Shown piece after piece: positions 40,302 through 54,820 of a stretch of DNA of 64,000 nt; the stretch's first letter is position 1; each line of letters opens with the position of its first letter. Origin of the DNA: the human T2T-CHM13v2.0 reference genome, Homo sapiens; NCBI RefSeq assembly GCF_009914755.1, contig NC_060944.1. The stretch is one strand, 5' to 3'. The translations under genes and the position numbers were made by a program. The notes under the pieces were generated by a model that was given only the letters and a program-made list of their open reading frames with translations, was not told the DNA's origin and did not search any database.

Positions 40302-40831
40302 TGACCAAAGAAAAAAAGTCTGTTTTTTTAAAGGATTCAAGTTAGTTGTATTCAGCGGTCTTAATGAGGACTGTAGGCCGAGGCCTCCGGCTTGGGAGCA
40401 GTCCTGTAAGACTGGCCCAGTGTTTCAGCCCACAGCTTACATCCAGGTGGTGGGGGCTCAGTATGGGCAAAATCACATCAAAGTTACTCAGAAGTTGTGT
40501 TGAAGCAGAATCATGTCAAGGTTTGGGTGTGAGAGTACATCTGGTTTTACATTACTAAAGTTCATTTGCTTATAGATTGTAGAAGCACAGTCACTAACCC
40601 TGTCACATGTAATCTTCTGTGTATTAAAAAGAAAGGACTAGGGTCATGTATCTTTTGAGGAATACAGTGACCCAGGCAAGAGACAGGAGGGGTCCATGTG
40701 CTCTATCCTGTTTTGTCTTCAAAGCATCTTTCCAGAGAGCTGCACATCGTCACAGAGTCAGGGGCTTTGTGAAGTTATCCTGGCAAGCAGAAATAAGCAA
40801 ACATGGCTTTTGTTTGCTACTTTGTCTCACA
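40302..40831 (-). mobile_element. LTR47/MER72-like ERV solo LTR
   Basis: Minus strand starts tgtgagacaaagtagcaaac...aagccatgtttgcttatttctgcttgccaggataacttcacaaagcccctgactctgtga. Confidence 0.7.
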
Positions 40832-41080
40832 TATCCAACTTTTATTTCACTGAAACAGCTTTTTCTCAAATTTCATTGATTTGCATAAATCCAATTTACA
40901 TAAATTAATTTGCTTTCATAATTATAATAACAATTATAATTCTAATACATTTGGTAATAAACCCAGTTGACTCTTGGTAAGTAACCCTGTTATCAAGGCA
41001 GAAGACGAGTGCCTGGGCTTACTAGAGAGATGCTTTGGCCGAGGAACGGGGATGTTTGGGTCACTGTAGGGGAAGCTGGC

Positions 41081-41474
41081 TGTAGCCATCATTGACTCCT
41101 GGGCCCACTTTGGCCGTCACCTGCAGCCTTGCTGTCTTCCTCCCTCAAGTGCCCGTGCCTCCCTACCTGAGGGAAGTCTGGAATTGCTGTGGCGCTGGAA
41201 CTCTCAGGCATGAGATTCATGAGGGACAGATGTTGATGGGTAAATAGTCCAGCATTCTTCTGCTTCCTTAGGACTGTTCTGAAACAGATTCTACTCGGTC
41301 CCCAAGCTGTCCACAGTAGTCACCTGCTCACTGATAGACCTTTTCTTGGTTCCCTTTCCTTCTGCCTCGCCTTCTCCATTCTCATAAGTATTCCTGGTAT
41401 CACTTCCCAAATCAACAACTTACACCCAAATCTTTGTCTCTAGATCTTCTTCTGAGGGGATCCAAATTAAGACA
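41081..41474 (+). mobile_element. LTR16-type ERVL solo LTR
   Basis: 'gatgggtaaatagtccagc', 'tcacttcccaaatcaacaacttacacccaaatc...tctgaggggatccaaattaagaca'. Confidence 0.7.
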
Positions 41475-42719
41475 ATCACCAATCAATATGTTGTAAAGAG
41501 AGAACTCAGAAAATTGATCTGGTGAGCGTACTGAATAGAAGCTCCATAAGAAATGTTCCACTGTTTTTGGAAATCTCATTTGGTCTCTCTGTCTTCTGAC
41601 TGTTAAGCAGTTTTCATCCTTATATTTACACACAGGGTCCTTTCTCACAACCAACATTTTGCCTTCTTCTTTGTGAGCCCATGGAAGACATGTGTTGGGG
41701 AACGTGTTACAAGCTTCTCGCTGGGGCCAGAGTTTGACTGGTGTCTTGCTTTCATCCTTCTGCCCCAGTTCACCTTTTTAACTCTTCATTTGCCCTGAAT
41801 TTTACGAACTGGTCATCCTGGGTCTTTGGTACCTTCTGTGGCTCTACTTTAGTCTCCTATCCTCTAGCTCTGCCTTACCTAGACCTACAATTTACCTGTG
41901 GTTCTGGGCCCCTGCTATAGGAATCTACTCTAAGCTGAGATCCTGTCTTGGATTTATGCCCTGAAACTACCATTCCCACTTCTCATTCTGTGTCTCTTTT
42001 CCTCCTAACCCTTCCACTTCCCTGGACTGTGCTCATGGCCCTCTGGCCCATCTCTTGCCTGTGCACTTCAGGTGGTGTTTCTAATTCATGGCAAGTGGTA
42101 TTTCTAATGCGTGGCTTTCAAAATATTTTCCTGTAAAACTTACCTTCCTACCACTTAGAGCCATCTAAATGTTTTTCTTCAAAGATACACAATATTGAAT
42201 TAATGCTCTTTCAGAAACAGAACGAAACTATTGTACTGTCTCTCCCCCATTCTTAAGAATGAGTGTTTGGATTGTAAAGTGATTGAACCACACTCGATTC
42301 TCTCTTATTAATGGAAAATTGGCCATAAATTGCTGAGGCGTGACTAGCTCATTTCCCAATACAGCTGCAAATGCTTTATGTGGGGATCACTTTCGATTTC
42401 TGAGAAAGAAAGGAGAAAACTCTACAGAACTGACACCTCACTAAACAGTACCTCGTGTCACTCCCTACCGAGAACTACTGTTCTGAAGAGGCAACGAATT
42501 GAAGATAGTGCCACCTTCAGCCAAGGCTGTTTCCTTAGAGTGCATATTTTTAATGTTTTTATGGTGTGGTAGATTTGGCTGCAAGCTTTGAAAAGGCAGC
42601 CATTAAACATTTTCGTTTTTTTCCCACCATTTAAAAAACTAGTCTAAAATGCATATATGCCTGAGAAGTGCTCTGTATTTAGCGCACAATTCATAATGAC
42701 ATCTTATTATAATTTTGAA

Positions 42720-42920
42720 AGCACAGTACATTTTACAAAGCATCTTCACCCATAAATTATCCATTTCAATCTTTAGAAATCCTCATAATATATATACTAG
42801 TACCCCCATTTTATAGATGAATAAGGTGTTTGGATAGATTCATTGATATATACTCAAGGACACAATACATAAAAAGACACTTGAGGTCATATCTTCTGAT
42901 ACCATGTCTAGTATTCCAGT
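42720..42920 (-). mobile_element. MIR
   Basis: 'ttttacaaagcatcttcac', 'ccccattttatagatga'. Confidence 0.6.
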
Positions 42921-43415
42921 AGATATCCATCTTCTGTCTCCCCCACCAAATCTTCTTTTCTCCTGGGATCAGCCCTCCCTTTGGAAAATTATTTTTTCCT
43001 GACTTCAGATGAAAGTCATAGAGTGGCTGCTAAACACTGTGCCCCACTGACCCCATTTCCCAGGGTCTATAATCCATGCAATAAAAAGAGAGTTGCAGTC
43101 AGCATTTTTTTTTTCTTTTAGTGAGAACCAAGAGTCACTTCTTCCCTCTCAGTTAATGAACTTCAAAGGTCTTCTCTGTCATGTTTCCAGTCTCATAAGA
43201 AAAGCAGTAAAGTCCATGAGAATGAAGCTGACATGGGAAGAGGAATCAGAAATGATGAAAGGGAATCCTTATGGTTTGTAAGTAGCTTGTGCCAACCCAT
43301 GAGGCCAGCTGATCCCATGCCTTATATAGCTTTCTTACCACGTCAATACAGTCACTCCTTCCCCTAACCCTAGGACTTGGGGGTCTGCCATGTGTGTTAA
43401 AAAGAAACAGGTATT

Positions 43416-43723
<308 letters not shown>

Positions 43724-44299
43724 ACCAGAGAGAGAGAGATACAGGTATTCCAGTGCTGCATTAGCTCACTTGAACCTTACAAGAACACGATGAGTTAGGT
43801 GGCACAGTTATTACAATATTTATTTTTAAGTTGAATTAACTGAGACTCTGTTCATTTGAGTCTAATCCACAGAGATAAAACTAGTAGGTAACCAAGATGA
43901 GATTATAGCTCTCTTCTTTTTTATACCAAGTCCAAAACCTTTCTTTCTTACCACATAGTATACCTACTGCTGGTGGATAAAGAAGGTGAAACAAGACAGA
44001 ATTCTACCAGTTGACAAAGTATACTTTTCCATTGCTGTGGAAGTCAAAATCTCCATGTAGTATTAACTCAGATGATCCCGTTTTTAAATTAACAACCATT
44101 TTTTCTCCAGCTCACTTTATATCGCGAAAGTTTCTATTTAGTTTAATCATTTATTGAGCACCTGTTTCACCTAAGAATCAATATTATTGGTGGAAAGTTG
44201 AACAAATGTATAAGATATAATCCCTGAATTCTAAGCATTCTATAGCTTTTTTTTTTATTTCTCTAATGTGCCTGTTATTTTTCATACCAGGAGTGGTAT

Positions 44300-44642
44300 C
44301 CTGTACAAATCCCCTTAACCAGGATGGAGCCCTGTCTCCTCCAAGCTGCTGTGTGTTGGGTGTTGACTCACAGCTTCCTCCTTCTCTAAGGCAATTGCCT
44401 TAGGCTTCCGGGAGCTGCTGCAAATGTCTACAGGTTGTGCCCTTTTCTTGAGGCAGCTTTCAAACAATGACAGACTGATCCTGGTGCCATTCACACTTTA
44501 AAACTTCCTGTGGGACCAGGATGAGCCTAGATTTGTCCTATTCTGCTTTTCTCCCTCCACAGCAGTCCCTCCTGAGAGCACTCCATTACTTGCCAAGCAT
44601 CCCCATCTCAGGCTCTGCTTTTAAGGAACCAGACCTAAGACG
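44300..44642 (+). mobile_element. LTR16/LTR33-type ERVL solo LTR
   Basis: 'aattgccttaggcttccgggagctgc', 'catctcaggctctgcttttaaggaaccagacctaagac'. Confidence 0.6.
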
Positions 44643-45429
44643 CCCTCTTCTTAATGTCTCATCTATATCTTCACATCCACGTCATGTTTGTCTTTTCTAC
44701 TGGCTCTTGCACCCACCCAATCACACATTTGCTATGTTGGTCAACTGGAACAGAAGGAGCATCTTGGTGGTTTCAGGATTTGGTACCATATCCGTATACC
44801 CCATGCTGCACAGGGCTACTCAGCTGGCTAAGCTAGTGGATGTAAAGAGTGAGGGATAGCCTGTATTTCCTAAAATAGCATAGCAGCAACTGCACTAATT
44901 TTAGATAAGGACACAAAATGCCTGGGGATATAAAGATGTGTGTGTCTGTGTTTTAATCCAAGTTGAAATTATACAAAGAAACTTGCAAGAAGCACAAGAA
45001 AAAAGACCTATATTATGATTTTCACTTGAAGTGAAGTAAATGGAGGGGCTGGGAAATAGATGCCAGGCACCCCTCTCCAACGTGGGTATGCCTGGCTGAG
45101 TCCCTGAGACTGCAGAGTGGCAGTGTTGAGTGACCACCATGTGTTCAGCGAGGAGTGAATGCCAGAATATGCTCTAAGGAAAAGTGCAGATAATAAACTT
45201 AAAAAGACAACTTAGCAAAATTGGTAGTTTCTCAAGGAGTTGGGGGTCACCAGGTGAGTAGTGAGGACAGAGCCAGCCATAGGATAAGAAGAGAAAAGGC
45301 AGAAGAAGGGAGAAGAAGCTCAGTAAATGCCAGATGGGGTGCTTGTTGATACATGTATTCCAGAAAGTTTGGCTGGAAAATGTGGACAAAAAGAATTGAT
45401 CTTGATTGGGCACATATATTATAAAACAG

Positions 45430-45610
45430 GAAATAGTGCTTATCTTTTTACAATTACGTGAAGTATGGGCAATGTCTCATCTTACATTTGAGGAAACCAG
45501 ATTTGAAGTTGGATAACTTGTCTGAGGTCACACGGCTAGCAAGGGATGGGAGCTGAGGCTCAAACCCATCTGCTCAATGCTAAAGCATTATATGCTATGT
45601 TGCTTCCTGT
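45430..45610 (-). mobile_element. MIR
   Basis: 'cttacatttgaggaaacc...taacttgtctgaggtcacacggctagcaagg...ctcaaaccca'. Confidence 0.7.
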
Positions 45611-45884
45611 GCCAACTATTTTTCTGCTCTATAACCTCACTGCATCCCTTTGAAATTTATTTTCTCCATGTCAAAGAATTGGAAATCTGCAACTGACTAT
45701 TGACCAGACTCTGTCACTGATATTGTACAGCTAATTATATATATCTATTTTATAACTGTAATGGTTGTTAAGGTAATGTTAAATAATACTTTCTAAGCAT
45801 CTGTTATATGAAGAGTTATATCCTCTGCATAGTATAAGGTTGAGTTTCTTTTTACTTCTTCTCAGTTTTTCCCCTTTTTCAGCT

Positions 45885-46245
45885 TTAAAAGATACTAGAG
45901 ACTGGGAAAGAAAGGGCAAGGAGAAGTGGATGGGAGAGAGAGATTGGGAGAGATTTGTTAAATGATACAAAATTACAGCTAGATAGGAGGGTTAAGTTTC
46001 AGTGTTTATACCATTTTAGGATGATTATAGTTAACAATAATATATATTTTCAAAATAGCTTAAAGGAGGATATTGAATGTTCCTGTCACAAAGATATGAT
46101 AAATGTTTGATATGATGGATAGATATGCTAATTACCCTGATCTGATCACTGGATCTTACATGTATGTAAACATCACTATGTACCTCATAAATAGGTACAA
46201 TTACTATATGTCAGTTAAAAACATATCTAGCTAATTTTTTAAAAA
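45885..46245 (+). mobile_element. L1MA (L1MA4/5-like) 3' end
   Basis: 'tacaaaattacagctagatagg', 'ggatattgaatgttcc', 'gctaattaccctgatctgatcac'. Confidence 0.85.
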
Positions 46246-46878
46246 AATGATAGTTAAAAAATAAAAAGATGCTTTCTAGCTATGGAGCAGCCAGAATTAG
46301 TAGTTCAAGCGCAGGGACTCATTAACATTGTGATCGGCCTTTTTTCTTATGATTTCTCCCAGATTCTACTTGTAGAAAAATGTAGAAAACAGACATTTTT
46401 AAAGTGTGTTCTCACTTGGGTCCTCGTCCTCTTCCTTCATTAATTGAGTTGTCCGCCTTTCAGTCATACTCAGCTCTAAGGTGGAACCACCACAATTGCA
46501 CCACAACCCTTCTAACTCCTGACCTCTGATCATTGCCTTTGTCCTTAACCAGTTCTGCATTTCTTTCATAGCAGTAATCAAGCAAAAACCACTTCCTAGA
46601 AAAGTCTTCACCAACAGCTCTATAGGTTATAACATTGCTATCTTTCTAGAGCCTTGTAGCGTATGTGAATATGTATTAATACCTCATTCATACACATGCG
46701 TACGTGTAGTATATTATTTTAGATTAGGAAAAGTTCCCTGAGATCGCCACAGTCCCCATTTCCCCATTTTATAAATGAGGCACCGAAGCCCAGAGCTGCG
46801 ACTTTGTCTAGGGTTAAACAATCACATTGTGGAAAATCCAGGACCACAGCCCATCAACATCTGTGTTTCTTCCCATGA

Positions 46879-47249
<371 letters not shown>

Positions 47250-47289
47250 CCTGATGGATTTTGTATGACTCATGTTGGTGTGGAGGACA

Positions 47290-47690
47290 TCCTGGGGCTG
47301 CTTCCAGAAGCATATCCTGCAATGAGGATTGGAGTGAAGGTGGTTTATTTAAACTATGTGGTTTATTTAAACTTTCAAGGTTAACCTCGAAACCAGTGAG
47401 GTTACAGAAATAGCAGCTCAAGGAAGAAGAAGGACCAAGGAAGGATATGATTTCAGGCAAAATTTCAGCCTTGGCTTGATCCCATGAGAATCTCAGGAGT
47501 GCAAGTGGCACTGCAGAGCTCTCTCCTTCTGGGTTCAAGGAGCTGGGTTTTCATATATCGTTATCAGTCAGTCACTGGGTTTGGCTCCCCTTAGGAGATG
47601 GAAACTTCTGACTCCGTGCCCCAAGTGGCTCCAGCAACCCAAGAGAAGACCTCTGAAGGAAGCTGCAGGTGCATGTGTGCAGGTGCACAG
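47290..47690 (-). mobile_element. LTR33-like ERVL solo LTR
   Basis: 'cagccttggcttgatcccatgagaatctcaggagtgc', 'atcagtcagtcactgg'. Confidence 0.6.
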
Positions 47691-47699
47691 CTATCTTCT

Positions 47700-47980
47700 T
47701 CATCCTTCATGTCTGAAGACCTCTTCAAAGAGGCCTTCCATGGCCCACCTATCTAGTGCAGGTCTGTCTCCACCCACCACTCTCTATTCTATTGCCCTAC
47801 TTTATTTTCTGTAGTGCACTTAGTTGCTCTCTGAATGTATTTATTTATACGTTTAAAAGCTCTGGGTCAATGAGGCCTGAGATTTCATATTTCACCAGTT
47901 TACCTTCAATCCTGAAAGAATGCTTGGCACATAGTAGTTGTTTAATGTATATTTGTTGAATAGCAATGAGTGGATGGATT
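47700..47980 (+). mobile_element. L2 3' end
   Basis: 'cctcttcaaagaggccttcc', 'gcttggcacatagtagttgtttaatgtatatttgttgaat'. Confidence 0.7.
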
Positions 47981-49931
47981 AAAAAAAATCATGAAGGCTC
48001 TGTAGAGAAATGTGGAACTATTAGAAAGTTCTGGCAGCATGGACTATGGCACACCAAATTTGTTATTCCCTCCTTAACATTATGCAAGGGAACATATGTG
48101 AAGAATTGTATTAAAGTTTAATCTGAGAAAGGTGTGTAGTCTTTCACATCATTGTAGATAATGTTAGTCTTAATGGGTGTATTTTACAGTGGTGTAATGC
48201 TTCCAGAATATTTTTTGAAGAAAATTATGGCATTGAAGGGAGGCTTTTAGTTCTTTGATACATTATATCTCTCAATAGAATATAATAGCTTCTTTTTCCC
48301 CCAGAAGATGTGTGCATTTCATTATATGTCATTATCTGATATATATGTTTGGCATAAAAGGCACTTTTCCTTTTTTGCATGGGACACATGTAGTAGAAAA
48401 TTTCCATGAGTTGATGTCATATTCTGCTCTACCATGTATTACATTTGGGATAGCTGCAGCCCCTTTTCTTTTCTGCCACGGTGTGGAGAATATATTGATT
48501 CATTACATCATTTGTATTCTATTCCTCAGACCAGAAATTGGCCTAGGCATTCATACTGGCACAAATCTTTCCCCCTGCACCAATAACTTTTTTTTTCCTT
48601 TAGCCAAATACCGTTTCCCTGAGCAGCAATTTAGTCATTACCCCACGATATAAAAGAAATGTGAAATCTGTCACAGGGAAGATGATGTTGTGACACAAAG
48701 AGGGATCCTCTGGGAGGTTTAAGCAGGTTTTCAACAAGATTGAAATGAATGTGACATTGTGTTCGTATTCATAATTAAATGTATTCTTTTTGATGTGTGT
48801 GTGAATGTGTGTGTTCTTTACTACAGAGAGAATGAAAATGAAAAAATGTGACTGACTGCAGACTAATAACAGAAACCAATCTTAACTTTAAATATAGCAT
48901 CTTAAATATGTGGGTCATGCTTTAATTTAAGTTCCAAGGCACTCAATCTAAGACATCAACTCTATAATTGTGACTTCAGGTATAGGCTAATAATAGCTAG
49001 CTAATGTCATCCCCAGGAGGGCTGCAGTCATCTTTAGATGTCTTTCTCCTGTGCTAGGCATGAGAGAAGCAGCTATGGCTGGCCTCTTCACTGCTGTGTC
49101 TCCAGTATGTGGACAGTGTCGGCACAAATAGGCACCTAACAAATAGTTGTTGAAATTGGAAATAGAAATAGGTGTGATTAAGATGGGGGTGGGGAGATGT
49201 GGGAGAAGAAAGAAGGGAGGAGAGGGGAAGAGGGGAGGAGAAGGAGAAAAAGAGAACTTCTGAAACAAATACGCCAGAAGCTCAGTCCCATGAGGGCAGT
49301 CCTACACTCACTGCATTGTAAAGAAGTGCCTAAAACAAGTGAAGCAACTTGAAGATGTCAAAGTCCTGAGATGTTAATTAGGAAGAAAGCAAATCGACTG
49401 TTAATTATACTGCAATCCTCCATGTCTTATATTATCTCGATTCTTCATTCCTCCCTGTATCCATTCCTTTGCCAGACAACTTTGCAGTGTTCTCTAGACC
49501 ATGAAGTGAGTGACTTGTTCCACTCCTTGATATGGGCTCAACCATGTGCTTTCCTTTGGCCAATAAAGTGATAGTTCAGAGACACAGGGAATGTGTGTGT
49601 GACTCTGGCAATTCTTCTGTGGGGGGCCTCTGTTTATATTGATAATTAGATTTTTAAAAATGTGTTATAAAATTTATGAGCCCATGTGAGAATACAGTGA
49701 TATATTGATGAAGATTTAGAATAATGGATGAAGAGGTGCTTATGTATTTGCTTCCTATCCAATCAGTGCTTGAGAGGGGTCCGCATAATCCAACTACCGT
49801 CTCTTTCTGTCAGGTCCAGGAAACTTCTCTTCATTTTTTTTTTTTGTTGTTGTTTGTTTGTTTTTAAATGGTCAGATGTGTTATTCTGGGCTAATGTCAT
49901 ATTTTCTTACTGCAAAAAAAGGCAGCAACTT

Positions 49932-50228
49932 GGCTGGGTGCAGGGGCTCACACCTGTAATCTCAGCATTTTGGGAGGCCAAGACAGGTGGATCACTTTGA
50001 GGTCAGGAGTTCGTGATCAGCTTGACCAACGTGGTGAAACCCCATCTCCACTAAAAATATAAAAATTAGCCAGGTGTGGTGGCACACATCTGTAATCTCA
50101 GCCACTCAGGAGGCTGAGGCGGGAGGATTGCTTGAACCTTGGAGGGGGAGGTTGCAGTGAGCTGAGATCACACCACTGCACTCCAGCCTGGGTGACAAAA
50201 AACAAAAAGAACAAACAAAAACAACATA
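49932..50228 (+). mobile_element. Alu (Jb/Sz-like)
   Basis: Full dimer; TSD aggcagcaact / aggtagcaact. Confidence 0.92.
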
Positions 50229-51619
50229 AAACAGGTAGCAACTCTCTTATTACTGAGATTATTACAGGTAATTCAGAACCTGTTTGTATACTAATAGCGT
50301 GAAATGATATGGACATTTTTTGACTGCAGTTCCTTAATACCACGTATTTACTGCTGATGAGTTTATTACTCATCATGGTGCATGCCCCACTATGCCACCA
50401 TAAGTACTGTCTTCTAGTGACTCTCTTAAAGGTTGTTGAAGAGTGTCACAATTGTAAATCTTGACCAAACTATGCAGGAAATTAGGTATAACTGTTTTCT
50501 GGTCATATTAGTACCATTTGGATTTTTATAGAATAAAAATAGAACAACACACCTTCCAAGCACTTTTTCTCTTTAATTCTTTAGGCTATATTCACTATCC
50601 TAGAAGGTGATTTCTTAATGTTGATCTCACCCCTAACTTTTTCTCATCAACACCAGCAGGAAGAGTAGATTAGGGGCTCTTAGATGGAGCAAGTAGAGAG
50701 GTCCCACAAGAGCAAGGAATGTGCATCTCTTGTGAGGCATGGTTAAGACTGATTCAGGAAAGCATTACTTCATTACATCAACTGGAAGGGTCTAGTGACA
50801 TTGGAGACCAGTGGTCACCAAAACCTCGGAGAAGATAAGAACAGCCGACTCCAGATAATTTCTTGACATGGGCATGGGGTCTGAAAAAGAGACAGTGTGA
50901 CAACTCTGGGAAGCAGTGCAGAAGCTCACAGAGTAAAGGATGCTTCTGTCACATCCATTGCCTTCAGGTATTGTAGACTCATGGAGGCACCATGATCAGA
51001 ATGCAAATGGATAAGCACTAATCAAGCCCAAGGATGGGCTATGGATCATCAGTAACCCAGAACCCTTATTTTGTCCCATGTCTGATGTGAGGTGAGTCAC
51101 CACAAAGTAGCAAGTCAGCACTGTCCTGCTGGCTCAATTTCATGTAACCTCATAAAAGGAAGAAATGTTCTGCTGGCCAGTCAGTGCAATCTGCTCACCC
51201 TGCCACCCTCCTGGAACCCCAGAACAACCGCATAGGCAGGAGTCCTGGAGATCTTTGGGGCATCTGGTCAACTCCATGCATGGACTAAACGGTCAGAAAG
51301 TGTGCTGAAGGGAGAAACAGTGACTAAGCCCTACACGGATTCCGCTCTGGGCTTTGCGTGCCCTGCTCAGATGGCACAACCAGCTCCAGCTGGTCCCAGC
51401 CACCAGAGAGGGATTTAGAAAAAGCCACAATAAGTGCCTTGGAAGACGAGGACCCACATGAAAACAGGTTCAGGGTTGAGCACACGTCCTTCCAGATGAC
51501 ACTGCTGACTCCAGCTCGTCCCAGGCAACGGAGGGGATTTGGAAAATTTGACAAAGGCACTCTAGAGCATGGACCCACTGGTATCCTGCACCCGACTTGA
51601 CCAAGTCTTAGGGAGTTAC

Positions 51620-51958
51620 AGTGGGATTCTCTGCCAGTTCCCAGCCCAGGCCTCAAGAGGACTTGAATATTTCTGCTTGCTTTCCATCGTCTCTGCTATC
51701 TCTATAAGAACATGCCATGCTAGCACATTGGAAGATGAGACACATGAAGCTGAGCTCTGTTGCCCTTGCCCTGGTAGTTCCTACTAATAATTAGCCAGCC
51801 CTGAGACATATGAGAAATCAGAACCAAGATCAGCAAAACCACGTAGGCAACACCCATCTGAACTCAGTTATGAGTGCAATGAACATATGATCGTATACCA
51901 CTAAAGTTTTATGCTTGTTTGCATGGCAGTGTTGTTATAGCAATAGGTAACTAATCCA
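51620..51958 (+). mobile_element. MLT1 LTR (3' part)
   Basis: 'gccagttcccagcccaggcctcaagagg', ends 'ttatagcaataggtaactaatcca'. Confidence 0.7.
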
Positions 51959-52649
51959 GTTGGCTAGCTGAGGGTTTAGAAGCTAAGTGGAAAATCACTG
52001 CTCCACAGCAAGCATCAGACATCCCAGCAAGGCTTTTCCATTGTCAGCAGCAGCTGGAAGGAATGTCTGTGTGTGCACAGATATGCTTGATTCTTCAGAT
52101 ATAGAAATGACCAAAAATAGGAGAATTCTGCAGATGAAGAAAGATCAGTATGAAGGCTTTCTTCAGATTGAAGGCAATAATAATTGCTTTTCTCAGCAGA
52201 CTTTTAGGTACAGTCTCTGAGTGTACAGATTTTTAGCTTGAAAGGCTTCAAGGAACAATACTAGAGCAATGCAGGATGATAAAGGCCAGATAAGTGCTGT
52301 TACAGTACAGGATGGAAAATAAAATCTTCTCAGGCAAAATTGGAGTCCTCAAGTATCCTCAGGGACAGAAGAGAATCTGGATTAGGCATAAAGAACTAGT
52401 AGGACTTGTGTAGATGAGAAAGAAAGCATTTTAGGTGGCAAAATCTTGTGTGGCAAAATAGAAAGAGTTCCTCATGGGAAGAATGCAATGGCAGTTTGTA
52501 CTGTATCTTCTGAGTTCAAGAAAATGTCCTGGTTTAAAGTAGGAATGGGAGCATAGATTGGCATATACTGATAATATTAGAAATAGAAGGAAGATCCTCT
52601 CTCTTCCTTTAAGTCTAAAAATAAATTCTTTGATTCATGATTAAGAGAG

Positions 52650-52990
52650 CTGATGTGCTTTGTGGCAACATGGATGTGTCTGGAGGCCATAATCCTAAGT
52701 GGATTAATGCAGGAGCAGAAAGCCAAATACCCATGTTCTCACTTATAACTGGGAGCTAAATATTGAGCACACATGGACATAGACATGGGAAAAATAGACA
52801 CTGGGAACTACTGGAAGGGAGAGGAAGGGAGGGGAGAATGGTTGGAAAAGCTACCTGTTAGGTACTATGCTCACTACCTAGGTGATGGGATCCAAACCCC
52901 AGACCCCAGCATCACACAATATACCCATGTAACAAACCTGCACATGTGCCCCTGTATCTAAAATAAAAGTTGAAATTAAAAATAAAATAT
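52650..52990 (+). mobile_element. L1PA16/L1PB-like 3' end
   Basis: 'gcaacatggatg...catgttctcacttataactgggagctaaa...catgtaacaaacctgcacatgt...aaataaaagttga'. Confidence 0.88.
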
Positions 52991-53516
52991 AAAACAAGTC
53001 AAGAAAAAGAGAGAGATGATACCAACCTTTATGTGATTCTGGAGCTGGTTCCAGTCCTGCTTGTTCTCCACTATCATTCAGGCATTTTACAAATAGATAT
53101 TTGTTATTTTTTATGGGTTGCATGCTTGATGGGGTATAGATAGAGCAATAATAAACATGGCTGCTGGCGTCAAGGGCTCACAGATAAGCAAGGAGGAAAA
53201 AGGTGCCAACAAAATTGTTGTACAGTGTGGCAAGCATTATAAAAGACATTATAATGGGTACCAGGTGTTGTCTTCTGTAAAGGAGATTCAGTCAGCTCAG
53301 TCTTGGTGGGATGGGAGAGGAGCTTATGTTGAGATTTACAGAAAAAAAAGGGGTATTGATCCAAGTCTTCAAGGATGAGTTGGAGATCCCCCAGTAGACA
53401 CAGAGACTAGTGATTTTTTTCCCCACTGGACCTAACACAAGTTTTTGAAGGCATAAACTAATCCTTATGAGTTGACTGTATGTTCTCTCTGATGACTCCA
53501 GCATTTGATTTATAGT

Positions 53517-53792
53517 TTTCTTTTCTTTGTTTTTTTTTTTAGAGGCAGTGTCTCATCTCTTGTCCAGGTTGGAGGGCAGCTGTAGAATCATAGCTCACTG
53601 CAGCCTCAAACTCCTAAGTTCAATCAATCTTCCTACCTCACAAGTAGTTGAAATTACAGACACACACCACCACACTGGGCTAATTTTTGCTATGTTGTCC
53701 AGGTTGGTCTTGAACTCCTGGCCTTAAGCAATCCTCCTAGGTTGGCCTCTCAAAGTGCTAGGATTGTAGGTGTGAGTCACAGTTCCCAAGCC
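53517..53792 (-). mobile_element. AluJ (diverged)
   Basis: 'atcatagctcactgcagcctcaaactcc', 'ttgaactcctggccttaagcaatcctcc'. Confidence 0.85.
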
Positions 53793-54108
53793 AGCATTTT
53801 CTTATTTGATAAGTTCAGCTAGTCTCAAGGAGGCACTTTCTGCTGCTGTTATTATTGTTATTATAATATGTGACTGGTTGAATTTGATACTCTTCTTTTG
53901 GTCCATAAGTGTTTATTGAATTCCTCAGGTAGGTGGTATTCATGGAGGTAAGACGTTCTGGTATTTGGGTTGGACCAGGTGGGATATCTTAATTTAAAGC
54001 TAAAGGAAGTGAAGCCAAGGGGATCCTGAACTGTAATTAAAATGGAAAAAAAATAGCAAACCTGGAGAGGTGATATTGAGTGTAAACCCTAAAGGGTGAA
54101 ATAAGGTC

Positions 54109-54560
54109 TGTCCTAGCTCAGAGTCCCTAGAAGCAGAGCCTGGGATGCAGATTCTTGTGCAAGTGAATGATTGAGGAAGGGCATTCAGAAGAAAGGGACT
54201 AAGAGAAGCAAGATGGGACAGAGGAAGGAGTCAAACAAAACAGTAACTTCAGCTGAACTCTAAGCCTTAGGCTGATCCCACGGAGAGTTCTGGTGTATAC
54301 ATGCACTGTAGCACTGGTCACCTTGAGTAACAGGCCTTTGTGCTCCCCTTTCAGTCTATTATTAGTTACAAGCTGCTACCCTCCCATCTGAAGGGGGAAG
54401 AAGCGGCATAACTCCTAGGCATTCTTGCCCAAGGTGACCCCCATTGGTCAGAGACAGTTCTCTGGAAAAGACAACTGTGAGCAGTTCGTAGTCAACTCTC
54501 ATAGCAGCTGGGGAATGGTACACTGGCCTGGGAGAGATAATTTGGGTGAAGCATCAAAAT
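54109..54560 (-). mobile_element. LTR33 ERVL solo LTR
   Basis: 'tgtcctagctcagagtccctagaagcagagcctgggatgcagattcttgtgcaagtga...gctgatcccacggagagttctgg'. Confidence 0.75.
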
Positions 54561-54609
54561 CAAGGAGATATATGGGAAAAACATGCCATGAAACACAGAC
54601 AGTCATTAA

Positions 54610-54820
54610 AAAGGGGTACTGGGCTTTTCTTTCCTGGGTACTGGTTCCATCACTTTCAGCTTGTCAAGTTTCTCTGTGTCTCCATTTCCTGGTCTGTACA
54701 ATGTTAATAATGGCAGTGTCTACTTTATTTATTTTGGTGAAGATTAAATAAGACGTTTCATGTAAAGCTCTTAGGAAAGTACCTACCACATATTAGAGAT
54801 TTAAAAGTGTTTGCCATTTG
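54610..54820 (+). mobile_element. MIR
   Basis: 'ctctgtgtctccatttcctggtctgtacaatg...gtgaagattaaataaga...tgtaaagctcttagg'. Confidence 0.7.
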
